A stretch of 64,000 nucleotides of DNA from Nitrosopumilus sp. (GCA_965197525.1 OZ240211.1:224001-288000), one strand, 5' to 3'; counted from the stretch's first letter, positions 39,780 through 50,496 are shown. A program made the numbers and translations. The notes: generated by a model from the sequence alone, not told the origin.

Positions 39780-41813
39780 GTGGAGATAAGAAAATCCGTT
39801 CCGGTTGCTGCACTGTTTGTTATCTTTGTTACATTAATCGCCGCAGCTGGAGTTCTTCCACAGTCTGCATATGCTGCAGGTGAAATCTCTGAAGGTTTTG
39901 CAATAGGAGAGGCACTTCCAGAATGGATTGGTTGGGCAATAGTTGTCGGACTAGGTGCGGTATTTGCAGTAATCATCTCAGTAGAAGTAAAGATTGAGGA
40001 ACGATATCTTGGAGTCCATCAAACATCTGAGATGTTCAACACAGCAGGTAGAACCATCAAGACCGGTCTGACTGCTGCAGCCATAGTGTCTGCATGGACT
40101 TGGGCTGCTACTCTGTTACAATCCTCGACAGTAGCATACCAGTACGGTATCAGTGGTCCATTCTGGTATGCCGCAGGCGCATCAATTCAGGTCTTGTTAT
40201 TTGGTATTTTAGCTATAGAATTAAAACGAAAGGCGCCAAACGCGCACACTTTTCTTGAGATTATTCGTGCAAGGTTCGGTAACGGCTCGCACAAGGTATT
40301 CTTGGTATTTGCACTGATGACTAACATGATAGTGACTGCCATGCTCCTCCTAGGAGGCTCAGCTGTAGTAAACGGTCTGACCGGCATGGACATCTCCATG
40401 GCAGCATTCCTGATACCCATAGGCGTCATGATATACACGTTGGTAGGCGGTCTAAAAGCAACGTTTGTAGCCGATTACATGCATACCATAGTCATATTTG
40501 TAGTAATTCTAACGTTTGTAGCTGCAGTATACCTCAGTACCGACATTACAGGCGGCATAGAGGGAATGTATGAAAAGCTCGTAGCTGCAGCAGACCTGAG
40601 ACCGGTTGAGGGCAATGCCGCAGGTGCGTTCCTCACCATGGCATCCATCGGAGGTCTGATGTTTGGTATAATCAACATTGTAGGTAACTTTGGTACAGTA
40701 TTTGTAGATCAGGCGTACTGGCAGCGGGCCATAGCTGCAAAACCCTCCTCCACAGTAAAGGGATTTCTGCTAGGAGGGGCATGCTGGTTTGCAATTCCGT
40801 TCACTCTTGCAACTACCATGGGACTGACTGCGATAGCGCTTGATGTGGACCTTACCCCAGAACAGGTTCAGCTTGGTCTAGTAGTCCCTGCAGCAGCTAC
40901 TGCCCTTATGGGAGAGGTAGGCGCCATCATGGTTCTGACCATGCTATTCATGGCAGTAACATCAGCAGGCTCTGCTGAACTAATCGCAGTATCCTCGTTA
41001 ATTACGTATGATATCTACCGGACGTACAAAAACCCCGACGCATCAGGCAAACAGCTAGTAAAAGTCTCGCGTGCAACTATCGTGGGATTCGGCTTGGGTA
41101 TGGGAGGTCTTGCAGTACTACTACTCGGTCTGGGTCTAAGCCTGGGATTCGTCTATCTTGCTATGGGTATCTTAATTGGCTCAGCTGTCATCCCAATTGC
41201 CTTGACCATACTATGGAAGAGAACAAACCGCGTTGCAGCAACTGCAGGTGCAATAATCGGTTTGATGGTAGCTGTTACCACTTGGGTATCAGTTGCAGCA
41301 TCACTGCCAGAGTACGGAGGGGAGGTAACCCTGGCAAGTCTTGGCCACAACTTTTCCATGCTGTTTGGCAACGTTGCAGGCATTCTGACTGGCGGAGCAG
41401 TTGCAATATTTGGCAGCCTTGCATCCAAGACCACGTTTGACTGGAAGGATCTCAGAGAGAAGATCACACTAGTAGAGCTCAGCGCTGCAGCATCAGCTCA
41501 GGTAACAGAGAACGAAGAGACTCTCAAACGCGCATTCAAGTTCAGTCTCAAAGGCGGCGGTCTTATGACACTTGTACTAATCATAGCATGGCCAATGCCT
41601 TTGATTGCATCAAGTTACGTATTTGATCAATTCAGTTACGGTGCCTGGGTCGCAATATCTGTAGTCTGGGTTAGCGTGGCAGCAGGGTTTATCATATTCC
41701 TGCCAGTTATAGAGGCACGACACGGCATTGCGCAAGTAATTCGAGGGAATGGAGGAAATAGCAGCGACTCGGCATCCACTACGGCAGAAACTACGGGAAC
41801 AGAGAAGAAATAA
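39780..41813 (+). CDS. DUR3-like sodium:solute symporter (urea transporter) with N-terminal signal-like extension
   Basis: SAWTWAATLLQSS, NFGTVFVDQAYWQRAIA. Confidence 0.92.
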   Translation: MEIRKSVPVAALFVIFVTLIAAAGVLPQSAYAAGEISEGFAIGEALPEWIGWAIVVGLGAVFAVIISVEVKIEERYLGVHQTSEMFNTAGRTIKTGLTAAAIVSAWTWAATLLQSSTVAYQYGISGPFWYAAGASIQVLLFGILAIELKRKAPNAHTFLEIIRARFGNGSHKVFLVFALMTNMIVTAMLLLGGSAVVNGLTGMDISMAAFLIPIGVMIYTLVGGLKATFVADYMHTIVIFVVILTFVAAVYLSTDITGGIEGMYEKLVAAADLRPVEGNAAGAFLTMASIGGLMFGIINIVGNFGTVFVDQAYWQRAIAAKPSSTVKGFLLGGACWFAIPFTLATTMGLTAIALDVDLTPEQVQLGLVVPAAATALMGEVGAIMVLTMLFMAVTSAGSAELIAVSSLITYDIYRTYKNPDASGKQLVKVSRATIVGFGLGMGGLAVLLLGLGLSLGFVYLAMGILIGSAVIPIALTILWKRTNRVAATAGAIIGLMVAVTTWVSVAASLPEYGGEVTLASLGHNFSMLFGNVAGILTGGAVAIFGSLASKTTFDWKDLREKITLVELSAAASAQVTENEETLKRAFKFSLKGGGLMTLVLIIAWPMPLIASSYVFDQFSYGAWVAISVVWVSVAAGFIIFLPVIEARHGIAQVIRGNGGNSSDSASTTAETTGTEKK

Positions 41814-41886
41814 CACATCAAATGAACGTGAACATCTTACAAACCGTATTAAAGAATTAGATGAAGATACGCAGTCTATTCCAAAC

Positions 41887-41908
41887 TGAATGAATGAATG
41901 AATGAATG
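41887..41908 (+). repeat. (TGAA)5 microsatellite
   Basis: TGAATGAATGAATGAATGAATG. Confidence 0.9.
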
Positions 41909-42080
41909 TATGGTACAAGAAACCGATCCTATCAGTAAAGAAGATGCGTGCTTTGAATATGAAAAATGTAAAAAATAATTGGATAAAAAAGTGAATAAAA
42001 TTTTATGAAACAAAGATACGTGGTCTTGAAGAAGACGAATGAATAATCAATTATATATAAAAGTAAAATATCATAATAAT

Positions 42081-43187
42081 ATGCATAACTTTCACAAACA
42101 CACATTGCAAGACAAACAAAAAATAGTATCAGAATTTTGTAAATTAAATACAGATGAAATCAAAACTCTCAATACGCCAGATCCTCAAAAATACGATTCC
42201 TTGATTGAAAATGTAATTGGTACATATGTATTGCCAATAGGTGTAGCTACTAATTTTAAAATTAATTCTAAAAAATATTTGATTCCCATGGTAACTGAGG
42301 AGCCATCGATAATTGCAGCAGCATCATCCGGTGCAAAAGCAGTTATCGGAGATATTGTCACATCTAATTCTGATTCATATATCATAGGCCAAATTCAAAT
42401 AATAAATCCTGATTCAGATGCCAAAGGACAGATAAAAAAAAACATGAAAAACATTCATGCAGAAATAAATAAATTTTTATCAAAACATATGAGATGTTTG
42501 AGTGTAGAGTATGAAGATATAGCGATTCCTATGGATAACCCCGATATACCCAAAATGGGGAAAGTAGAAATAAAAATAGATGCCGGTAATGCTATGGGTG
42601 CTAACGCAGTAAACACTGTGTGTGAAGGGATGTCCCCACTGATTCAAAGTATTACAGGCGGTCGTGTGTTATTGAGAATATTGTCAAATGCAAGATCACA
42701 ATTTGTACGGGCAGAGGCGACATTTAATGTTGATAAACAGGTAGCAAAAGATATCTTACTTGCATATCAATTTGCGCTAGTTGATAGTAATAGGGCAATA
42801 ACACACAACAAAGGAATAATGAATGGTATTTCGTCTGTTGCAATGGCTACCGGGCAAGATACCAGAGCTATAGAGGCATCTGCTCATTTACACGCTGTCC
42901 AGCATGGTAGGTATGAACCATTAACAACGTGGAGAATTACACAGCAAGGTTTGTTAGGTGTTATTGAATTACCAATACCAGTTGGTGTTGTTGGCGGCAT
43001 GACTAAACATCACGATACTGCGACAATTGCGTTAAAAATGCTAGGAAATCCAAATGCTTACCACTTGGCAGAGATTATGGCAGCAGTTGGATTATGTCAA
43101 AATTTTGCTGCGTTAAGAGCATTATGTGTTGATGGCATTCAAAAAGGACATATGAAATTACATTCAAGACGACAGGTACAAAGTTAA
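42081..43187 (+). CDS. Class II (bacterial-type) HMG-CoA reductase
   Basis: ENVIG, TEEPSIIAA, AMGAN, THNKGIMNG, ATGQDTRA, GHMKLH. Confidence 0.9.
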   Translation: MHNFHKHTLQDKQKIVSEFCKLNTDEIKTLNTPDPQKYDSLIENVIGTYVLPIGVATNFKINSKKYLIPMVTEEPSIIAAASSGAKAVIGDIVTSNSDSYIIGQIQIINPDSDAKGQIKKNMKNIHAEINKFLSKHMRCLSVEYEDIAIPMDNPDIPKMGKVEIKIDAGNAMGANAVNTVCEGMSPLIQSITGGRVLLRILSNARSQFVRAEATFNVDKQVAKDILLAYQFALVDSNRAITHNKGIMNGISSVAMATGQDTRAIEASAHLHAVQHGRYEPLTTWRITQQGLLGVIELPIPVGVVGGMTKHHDTATIALKMLGNPNAYHLAEIMAAVGLCQNFAALRALCVDGIQKGHMKLHSRRQVQS

Positions 43188-43393
43188 GCTGTGTTTTTAT
43201 TTTAGTTTCTACAGACATATTTATTAAAAAAAAGTAATTAGATTAGTGATAAGAAAAGAACAAGGGCATAATTGCTATTTATTGTTATCAATACAAAATT
43301 TGTAATGTTTTGTACTGGTATCGCTATGTGACAAATTCATGTGTTTAACCAAGATTTTCAAATATTCTTTTAAAGAAATTAAGATGATATAAC

Positions 43394-44013
43394 ATGGGAC
43401 GTTGGAAAAAAGGTCAAAAAATGGATTATTTGTTAGAATATTCTACAGTGCAGCATTGGCAAAATAGATTAAGAACAAACGGTTTAAAAAACACAACAGC
43501 AAATTCTAGTACAAAATCTGTATATTTGTACAAGCTTTCAGATTTCAATCAATGGTTCAAAGGACGACCATTTAGTGTCAAAGTAACCATAATAAAAAAT
43601 AATAAAATGATACACGAGAATACACAAAAAACCTTTGACAATGTAGAAAAACTGCTAGATTTTGGAGAAGAAGTAAATGGAAATGTCCCGCAAATAAAAA
43701 AGATAGTCAGTATGTATCTAGATGGCCCAATACATGAACATCTGTCATGTTCTTCAATGGATGGTATCTGTCTGCAATAAAATCATATTTTAGTGTACAT
43801 GATGTAGAAATTAACATAAAGTTCAATGGTCGTAAACGAGACCAATTTAACATTGAGGGAGAAGCAGAATTAACAATATCGGAATTTTATAAAATGTTGA
43901 CATATTCCAAGGCAGACCATACACCACGTGCAGTTGTGATGGTGAAATTTCAATCTGATCTTGACTCCAGTACACGCCAAAATAGAAAAAAGTGCATTCG
44001 TCCGAACATATGA
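43394..44013 (+). pseudogene. Tyrosine recombinase/integrase relic, frameshifted and truncated
   Basis: STKSVYLYKLSDFNQW, then YLSAIKSYF in a shifted frame, and RAVVMVKFQSDLDSST (start of catalytic domain); C-terminal catalytic part missing. Confidence 0.6.
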
Positions 44014-44108
44014 TCGTTCTTAAGACACATGTTTTTCATTTCATTCCACATTGATATTACTTGACGGTGTTGGGATATGGTGTTTCGCTTACCTGAGAAA
44101 TTTGGTTA

Positions 44109-45905
44109 CTACACCAGATTCTTAAACCGCTTGTCGCTCGTGATTGTGCCAAACATTCCATTAGAGATGTTGGAACCCATTGATTTCTTGAAATCAGGAT
44201 CAATGCTTGTAAGTGTCTCCAGTAATTCTATGCATTCATCAATCCTTCCCATATGTGCCAAAATGTCAGCCTTTAGATATTTTGTTGATGTCTGGAACGA
44301 ATCTGATCTCTCCGACCTATCTGCGTAGGTAAGTGCCTCCTCTTTCCTATTCAGTTTCATCAGAGTATTTGCTAGACCGTATAGTGCTACAGGGTGCTCA
44401 GGATCTGATCTCAAGACACTATGAAAGTATGGCAAAGATTCAGATATCTTGCCCGAATTAGACATTGCCGATCCCAGGTTAGTTTTTGCTTCTAGATCAT
44501 CTGGCTTTATGTCAAGAACCTTCCTGTAACATGTCACGGCCTCTTTGTTTTTATCTAAATTTTGCAATGCCACACCCTTGTTGTAATATCCCGAGTACTG
44601 GGCAGGGTCTATTTTAGTGACCATTTCAAAGCATTTCACCGCCCTTTCATGATTTTCTATACCGGCATATGCCATACCCATAATTTCATATGCATGAGCG
44701 TTACGCGGATTGATCAGAATTTCCTTCTTGCAACATTCTATCGCTTTGTCGTAGCTACGTAGATTGTAATGTGCAAATCCCTTGTCAAAATCAATGCCTG
44801 TATAATCTAAATTTTCTTGTGATACTATGGAAAAACAATCAAGAGCGTCTGAATACTGCCCTAATTGTATAAACGCTCTCCCCATACCCAAGCGTCCCAA
44901 ATGGTCGTCAGGGCAGTATTTTATGTATATGTTCCAGTATTTCATGGCGGATTCTGCATCATTTAGTCCATCCTGTGTAATTATTGCGATGTGAAATACC
45001 GCATGGGATTCGTCATCGTCCAAGGTGCGCAGTTTGTCAAACATCTCAATGGCATCATTGTACATACCATAGCGCTCTAACCGCAAAGCGTTTTTGTGTA
45101 CCAATGATGCATCTTTCATCTCTTTACACTTGGCTACCTCCTCATTGATTCGATTTTCTGCGACTTGCATCTCTGCCATGTTGTTGTAGTTGTATTTTAA
45201 TTCATATGTGTCCCCACTATGACTTGCAGGATAGTCACGTTGCGTGTGTGGCATATGCCTCAAGGTCATAAACGAATCCCATATATGTGACCAGCGGTCA
45301 GTGTTTTGAATCGTCGCGTGTTCTGTAGAGCGCAGATTTTTTACCTCTTCCCACTTTCTGATCAACTCACTGCTTGCCTCCTTGTTCTCAGGATAGTTAT
45401 CGAACACCATCCACCTGTTCAGCAGATCATTGACATCCTTTGTTCTGTCTTGCTTGAGCATCTCCTTAATTATGCCTTCCTCCTCGTCCAATTCAGTTAG
45501 CATCGTGCATAACTGACATGCATCCATAGCAATATGTGTCTTGAACCACTGCTGTATGATCTCCGACATTGTATTCTCAGTGTCCTTTGCAGTATCAACT
45601 GCCAACCGGATCGATTTGAGCGGCAGAATTAACATTCCTCCGTTGGCTCGTATCATAGCCTGCGCGGTCAACATGGCTGTTCTTTTGTTGCCATCACTCA
45701 AGGCATGCACCTTTGTAATCGTCTCCATCAATATTGCTGCCTTTTGATATAGTTCGGAGTACTTTTCATTACCGTAGATATTCATCCTGGGTTTTTCCAG
45801 TGCAAATTCAAGTTGACCGTTGTTTATGATCACTATTTTGGTATGCTGTGACTTGTTAATCTCCTCTATAATTGCCTTAACATGCTGTATGGTTGGATAG
45901 TACAC
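44109..45905 (-). CDS. Fic/Doc-domain protein fused to C-terminal TPR repeats
   Basis: HALSDGNKRTA Doc-type motif; repeated TPR consensus (AYYN/KG.AL...A..CY..VL.I.P). Confidence 0.88.
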   Translation of the reverse strand: MYYPTIQHVKAIIEEINKSQHTKIVIINNGQLEFALEKPRMNIYGNEKYSELYQKAAILMETITKVHALSDGNKRTAMLTAQAMIRANGGMLILPLKSIRLAVDTAKDTENTMSEIIQQWFKTHIAMDACQLCTMLTELDEEEGIIKEMLKQDRTKDVNDLLNRWMVFDNYPENKEASSELIRKWEEVKNLRSTEHATIQNTDRWSHIWDSFMTLRHMPHTQRDYPASHSGDTYELKYNYNNMAEMQVAENRINEEVAKCKEMKDASLVHKNALRLERYGMYNDAIEMFDKLRTLDDDESHAVFHIAIITQDGLNDAESAMKYWNIYIKYCPDDHLGRLGMGRAFIQLGQYSDALDCFSIVSQENLDYTGIDFDKGFAHYNLRSYDKAIECCKKEILINPRNAHAYEIMGMAYAGIENHERAVKCFEMVTKIDPAQYSGYYNKGVALQNLDKNKEAVTCYRKVLDIKPDDLEAKTNLGSAMSNSGKISESLPYFHSVLRSDPEHPVALYGLANTLMKLNRKEEALTYADRSERSDSFQTSTKYLKADILAHMGRIDECIELLETLTSIDPDFKKSMGSNISNGMFGTITSDKRFKNLV

Positions 45906-45906
45906 G

Positions 45907-46035
45907 TTAAATCTCTGCTAGCCTGTTGTACACTTTAAAGTTTTTGGAAAGTGCTTCGGCTACTATCTTCTTGATATCTTCTTCGGTGACGTTTTTCATT
46001 GGCTTAAACGTTTCTTTTTGCTTCTCTTGAATCAT
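45907..46035 (-). CDS. 42-aa putative antitoxin upstream of Doc-TPR (not in ORF track)
   Basis: MIQEKQKETFKPMKNVTEEDIKKIVAEALSKNFKVYNRLAEI; ends 1 nt before the Doc GTG. Confidence 0.6.
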   Translation of the reverse strand: MIQEKQKETFKPMKNVTEEDIKKIVAEALSKNFKVYNRLAEI

Positions 46036-46693
46036 GATATCTGTTGATCTTCTTTATGTAAATATGTTATGCAGTAGTCAGTAGTCTGCGGTATCCCGAA
46101 AGTAGTTAATCCATCTTCAAAACTTGGAGATGTTTGCATGTGTGATGTTCTGGAGTGAGACATAACTGTCTTGCGATAAATTCTGTTGTACAATTCATAT
46201 ATTTTAAATTAATAACTACATCTGTAAAATATGGAAATCTCTATCTAAATTCTTAAATATATTCGACGTCTATACAATTTATGCGAACAAGGGATCCCAA
46301 ATACAGAAAGTACATGTATGCTTTAATGGGTGTGTGCGCTGCTATAATACTACTAGTGAACATCTAAATCTTGGTTGATTGAGTGTACAGCAAGCATTAT
46401 CTGAATTTGTATCTATATCTTGTATGTCGGGGTATGGTAATCTAGTACTGTCTATAATCATCAAATTTTAAACCGATGGAGAAATATGCCATATGCTAGT
46501 TAAATAAACAGTTTTACAATAAAGATATCAAAATATCAATGCTATGTGATGCTGGTAATTATTATGATGGTGGTGGTGATGATGATGTATACATGATAAT
46601 GCATCTTAGCAAAGATGATAATCCGAGTAGAACCTATGAAAATCTCCAAAACCATACATTTCCTTTAAATTATGATTTATTTGATAACCCTGT

Positions 46694-48034
46694 ATGCAAG
46701 ATGATGCTTTTCTCAGATGCATAAATCCACAATGCGGTTTGGAGTATCCAATCCACAGTGCAAACGTATACTGCGAACATGGCCATTTACTTGATGTTAC
46801 ATACAAAAACAAGCCTTCAGTTAGTCTCAAGGATACATTTTACAAAAGACGCAACTCCGAAGGTAGTATCTTCAATGAGAGCGGGGTATGGAGATTTCGT
46901 GAATTGTTAAATTTCTGTCGTATAGATACAGAGGACATTACAGAGTGTTCCAAATATCTGGTATCCCTTGATGGTGCTGAGGGAAGACAATCAAAACCAT
47001 ACAGAATGTCAAAGGCTGCAGACTATATCAATACCTCAAATGATAACTTATGGCTACAACCAGAAGGCTACAACCCAAGCGGCTCATTTAAAGATAATGG
47101 CATGGCCACTGCAGTAACTCATGCAAAGATGATAGGTGCCAAAAAAATTGTTTGCGCGTCTACGGGCAACACCTCAGCATCAGCTGGAATGTTTGCAGCT
47201 AATGAGGGAATTGAGTGTGATGTATATATTCCAGCAGGGCAAATAGCTCCTGGAAAACTCAGTCAAGCATATCAGTTCGGAGCTCAAATCTTGCAGATTG
47301 AAGGAAATTTTGACGATGCATTACAACAATCACTGCATAATACACAAAACAACAACAATGGTTATACCGTTAATTCCATAAATCCATTTAGAATAGAGGG
47401 TCAAAAAACAATTCCGTTTAGAGCATTAGAGTACTTGAATTGGGAGACTCCTGATTGGATAGTGTATCCGGGTGGTGCATTAGGGAACACATCAAGTTGT
47501 GGCAAAGCACTAATGGAATTATATGAATGGGGGTGGATAAAAAAAATTCCACGAATCGCAGTTATTAATTCGCAAGGCGCTAGTACTTTATCTGACCTGT
47601 ACAATGGATCATTCCAAGACGAACCACTAACATGGAACAACGGCAATCCAAATACGGAATTGATCTCCGAGTACTATGACTATCTGAATAAACAGGATCT
47701 AAAACCAAACACCAAAGCCACTGCCATACAGATCGGAAGACCTGCAAATCTCCTCAAGGGATTGCGAGCATTAGAATTTACAAACGGTGTGGCGACTACA
47801 GTCTCTGATTCTGAGATGCTTGATGGAATGTCTGTTGTGGGTCTAAACGGATTTGATTGCGAGATGGCATCAGGTGCAACAGTAGCAGGAATAAAGAAAC
47901 TGATCGATGAAGACATAATCAAAACTGATGATGATGTTGTTGGAATCCTTACAGGCAGGCAAAAAGATGCAATGATACCTGTCACATATCACAACAATCC
48001 GGAGAATAAATTCGCGATTCCGCCAAAAAGCTAA
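46694..48034 (+). CDS. thrC: Threonine synthase
   Basis: NPSGSFKD PLP-lysine motif, CASTGNTSAS, NSINPFRIEGQKT. Confidence 0.93.
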   Translation: MQDDAFLRCINPQCGLEYPIHSANVYCEHGHLLDVTYKNKPSVSLKDTFYKRRNSEGSIFNESGVWRFRELLNFCRIDTEDITECSKYLVSLDGAEGRQSKPYRMSKAADYINTSNDNLWLQPEGYNPSGSFKDNGMATAVTHAKMIGAKKIVCASTGNTSASAGMFAANEGIECDVYIPAGQIAPGKLSQAYQFGAQILQIEGNFDDALQQSLHNTQNNNNGYTVNSINPFRIEGQKTIPFRALEYLNWETPDWIVYPGGALGNTSSCGKALMELYEWGWIKKIPRIAVINSQGASTLSDLYNGSFQDEPLTWNNGNPNTELISEYYDYLNKQDLKPNTKATAIQIGRPANLLKGLRALEFTNGVATTVSDSEMLDGMSVVGLNGFDCEMASGATVAGIKKLIDEDIIKTDDDVVGILTGRQKDAMIPVTYHNNPENKFAIPPKS

Positions 48035-48172
48035 TCATTTTTCCGATGGGATCACTTTAAAACGTTTTTTGCCTAAAGGTTAAATTCTAGTCCAGCCAAC
48101 AGATGGTACCAAAAAGATGGTGCAAAAAATCTAAATGAGTACACAATACACTAATTTACAAAAATCTTCCCA

Positions 48173-49438
48173 GTGGAGAATGGTATGGTAGATTTATGGG
48201 TAGAGATCACAACGTTAGCTGTTCTTATAGGAATGTCAGGATTCTTCAGCGGATTGGAAGTTGCACTAGTAGGGGTCAGAAAATCAAAAGTTCTTCAATT
48301 GTACAAAGAAAAGAAGAAAGGTTCAAAGGCACTGTATCGACTAAAGACACACCCTACTTGGATGATGGCAAGTGTGAATCTTGGAAACAATCTAGTAAAT
48401 ATTGGCGCATCAGCACTTGCTACTAGCGTAGCTATCAGACTATTTGGTAATGACGGATTGGGTATCGCAGTCGGGGTTATGACGTTTCTTATCTTGATAT
48501 TCGGTGAGATTACCCCCAAGACGTATTGCAATGCCAACTCTACTAAGATTGCGTTACGTTATGCAGCAGTGCTGCTGATATTTAGTTATGCGCTTTATCC
48601 TGTCGTAAAATTCTTTGAGATAATCACAAAAGGGGTTGTAAAACTTACAGGCAGTAGTCACGAACCGCCTCCCATAACAGAAGATGAGATCAAAGGAATA
48701 ATCGAACAGGGATTAGAGGAGAAAGCTCTTGAAAAAGACGAGATGGAACTAGTTCACGGTGCACTCAAGTTTGACGACACTGCAATTCGTTCTGTTATGA
48801 CTCCTAGAACCAAAATGTTTACACTAAACTCCAAGATGTTACTCTTTGAGGCATTACCACACATCAACAAGTGTGGACATTCAAGGATTCCAATCTTTGG
48901 TAATACCAGTGATGATATTGTAGGATTTATTCATGTACGAGATGTTCTACATGAGTTTGAAAAAGACAACAAAATGGCAACGCTAGAGCAGATATCACGT
49001 AAAGCAGTGTTTGCATCGCAAGAAAAGATGGTCAGCGCGTTACTCAAAGAAATGAAGGGTAGAAAGACCCACATAGCAATAGTGCTCGACGAGCACGGTG
49101 GTGTTGAGGGGCTAGTGACATTAGAGGACTTGTTAGAAGAGATTGTAGGCGAGATTGAAGATGAGACTGACCTAGAACCTCCAAAATTATACGAACGAGT
49201 TGACAAGGACACTATAATTACAAACGGCGACATAGATATTGATATCATTAATGAGATATTTGACACACAGATACCAGAAGGCGATGATTATGCGTCCCTT
49301 AATGGATTATTGCACGAACGACTGCAAGATCTGCCGCAAGAAGGTGACAAGGTAGTACTCGATGATCTACGCATAGTGGTAGAAAAGGTATCAAAGAATA
49401 TTCCGAAAAAAATTCGCATTGCAAGGATTAAGGATTAG
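48173..49438 (+). CDS. CNNM/hemolysin-family protein (DUF21-CBS-CBS-CorC)
   Basis: SGFFSGLEVAL, GEITPK, MTPRT, DEHGGVEGLVTLEDLLEEIVGEI. Confidence 0.92.
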   Translation: MENGMVDLWVEITTLAVLIGMSGFFSGLEVALVGVRKSKVLQLYKEKKKGSKALYRLKTHPTWMMASVNLGNNLVNIGASALATSVAIRLFGNDGLGIAVGVMTFLILIFGEITPKTYCNANSTKIALRYAAVLLIFSYALYPVVKFFEIITKGVVKLTGSSHEPPPITEDEIKGIIEQGLEEKALEKDEMELVHGALKFDDTAIRSVMTPRTKMFTLNSKMLLFEALPHINKCGHSRIPIFGNTSDDIVGFIHVRDVLHEFEKDNKMATLEQISRKAVFASQEKMVSALLKEMKGRKTHIAIVLDEHGGVEGLVTLEDLLEEIVGEIEDETDLEPPKLYERVDKDTIITNGDIDIDIINEIFDTQIPEGDDYASLNGLLHERLQDLPQEGDKVVLDDLRIVVEKVSKNIPKKIRIARIKD

Positions 49439-50496
49439 AGATTAGATTTTGCAAAATATTTCTCTAGTTTATTCTTCTTTTCAGCCATATGAAATACGGA
49501 TTCAGTATGCGCAAATGCGTCTTTGTATGATCTATCAAATAACATAGCCTGTAACAGCATATGGTTTTCGGGAATCACTATCCCTGTTTGATCATCTGAA
49601 TACATCATCTGTATTGTATCTCCTATGGATACTGTCATGTTTGCATGAATGTGCAACATGTTGGTATCAGTAAAATTAAAGCCCATATTCTGTGCATAAT
49701 CTCTGACATCTTTTGTACCTTTAGCAGTCCACAATACTGCCACTCCGAATTCATCTGCAAACAAGTTGTGTATGTCTGATGGTTTTGGCGCAGGTGAATT
49801 TTTAAACCGAATATCAATAATATGTAAGTGCATCTGACGCGATGGAACTTTTATTGCACGAACGTATAACGGCGTATCTTTTTTGAGATACATCTTTGCA
49901 TCATCTCCATGGTGCGGTTTCTCTGTCATCTGTATGGTATCAACAACATCTTTTTCAGTCTGTTCAATATCTGCCCAACGCCTGACTAGTGTAAGATCAA
50001 ATCGTAACAATTCATTGTTGTATCTCTCTTGTAATGGTCCGATGACTCTGCCCATTCCAGTTACGTTGCAGCTTCCTTGCATTACGTGTGTTTTCTGGAA
50101 CGCTTTGTCATAGTTCATCCGCGAGTTAAATATCATGTCAGATACTGCCTGATCTCCAGTAGCTGATTCCCCGCCTTGATATATTGCACTAATGCCTTTA
50201 GGTTCGTACAGTGACACCTTGTTTTTATAACCCAATCCGTTTGGCGATGCATCAATAACTAGATCAGACTTGTCTAATGCGTCAGGTATTGTACCTGCAA
50301 TGTTGTAGTCGTTGAACTTGTCTATCCTGTCTTCTGGGACGTATATGTCAATGCCTTTGGATGTCGCAGTGTTTATCTTGTCATCTGCAGAGTATTTTCC
50401 TGCCCCTACAACTTTGATCTCAGGGTCATCCATAAGAAAAGCAGCAATCCTGCTACCGATTGAGCCATATCCGTTGACAAACACTCGTTTACTCAT
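49435..50496 (-). CDS. gap: Archaeal type II glyceraldehyde-3-phosphate dehydrogenase
   Basis: VNGYGSIG, GSCNVTG, RRWAD, HHG, IVIPEN. Confidence 0.9.
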   Translation of the reverse strand: MSKRVFVNGYGSIGSRIAAFLMDDPEIKVVGAGKYSADDKINTATSKGIDIYVPEDRIDKFNDYNIAGTIPDALDKSDLVIDASPNGLGYKNKVSLYEPKGISAIYQGGESATGDQAVSDMIFNSRMNYDKAFQKTHVMQGSCNVTGMGRVIGPLQERYNNELLRFDLTLVRRWADIEQTEKDVVDTIQMTEKPHHGDDAKMYLKKDTPLYVRAIKVPSRQMHLHIIDIRFKNSPAPKPSDIHNLFADEFGVAVLWTAKGTKDVRDYAQNMGFNFTDTNMLHIHANMTVSIGDTIQMMYSDDQTGIVIPENHMLLQAMLFDRSYKDAFAHTESVFHMAEKKNKLEKYFAKSNL

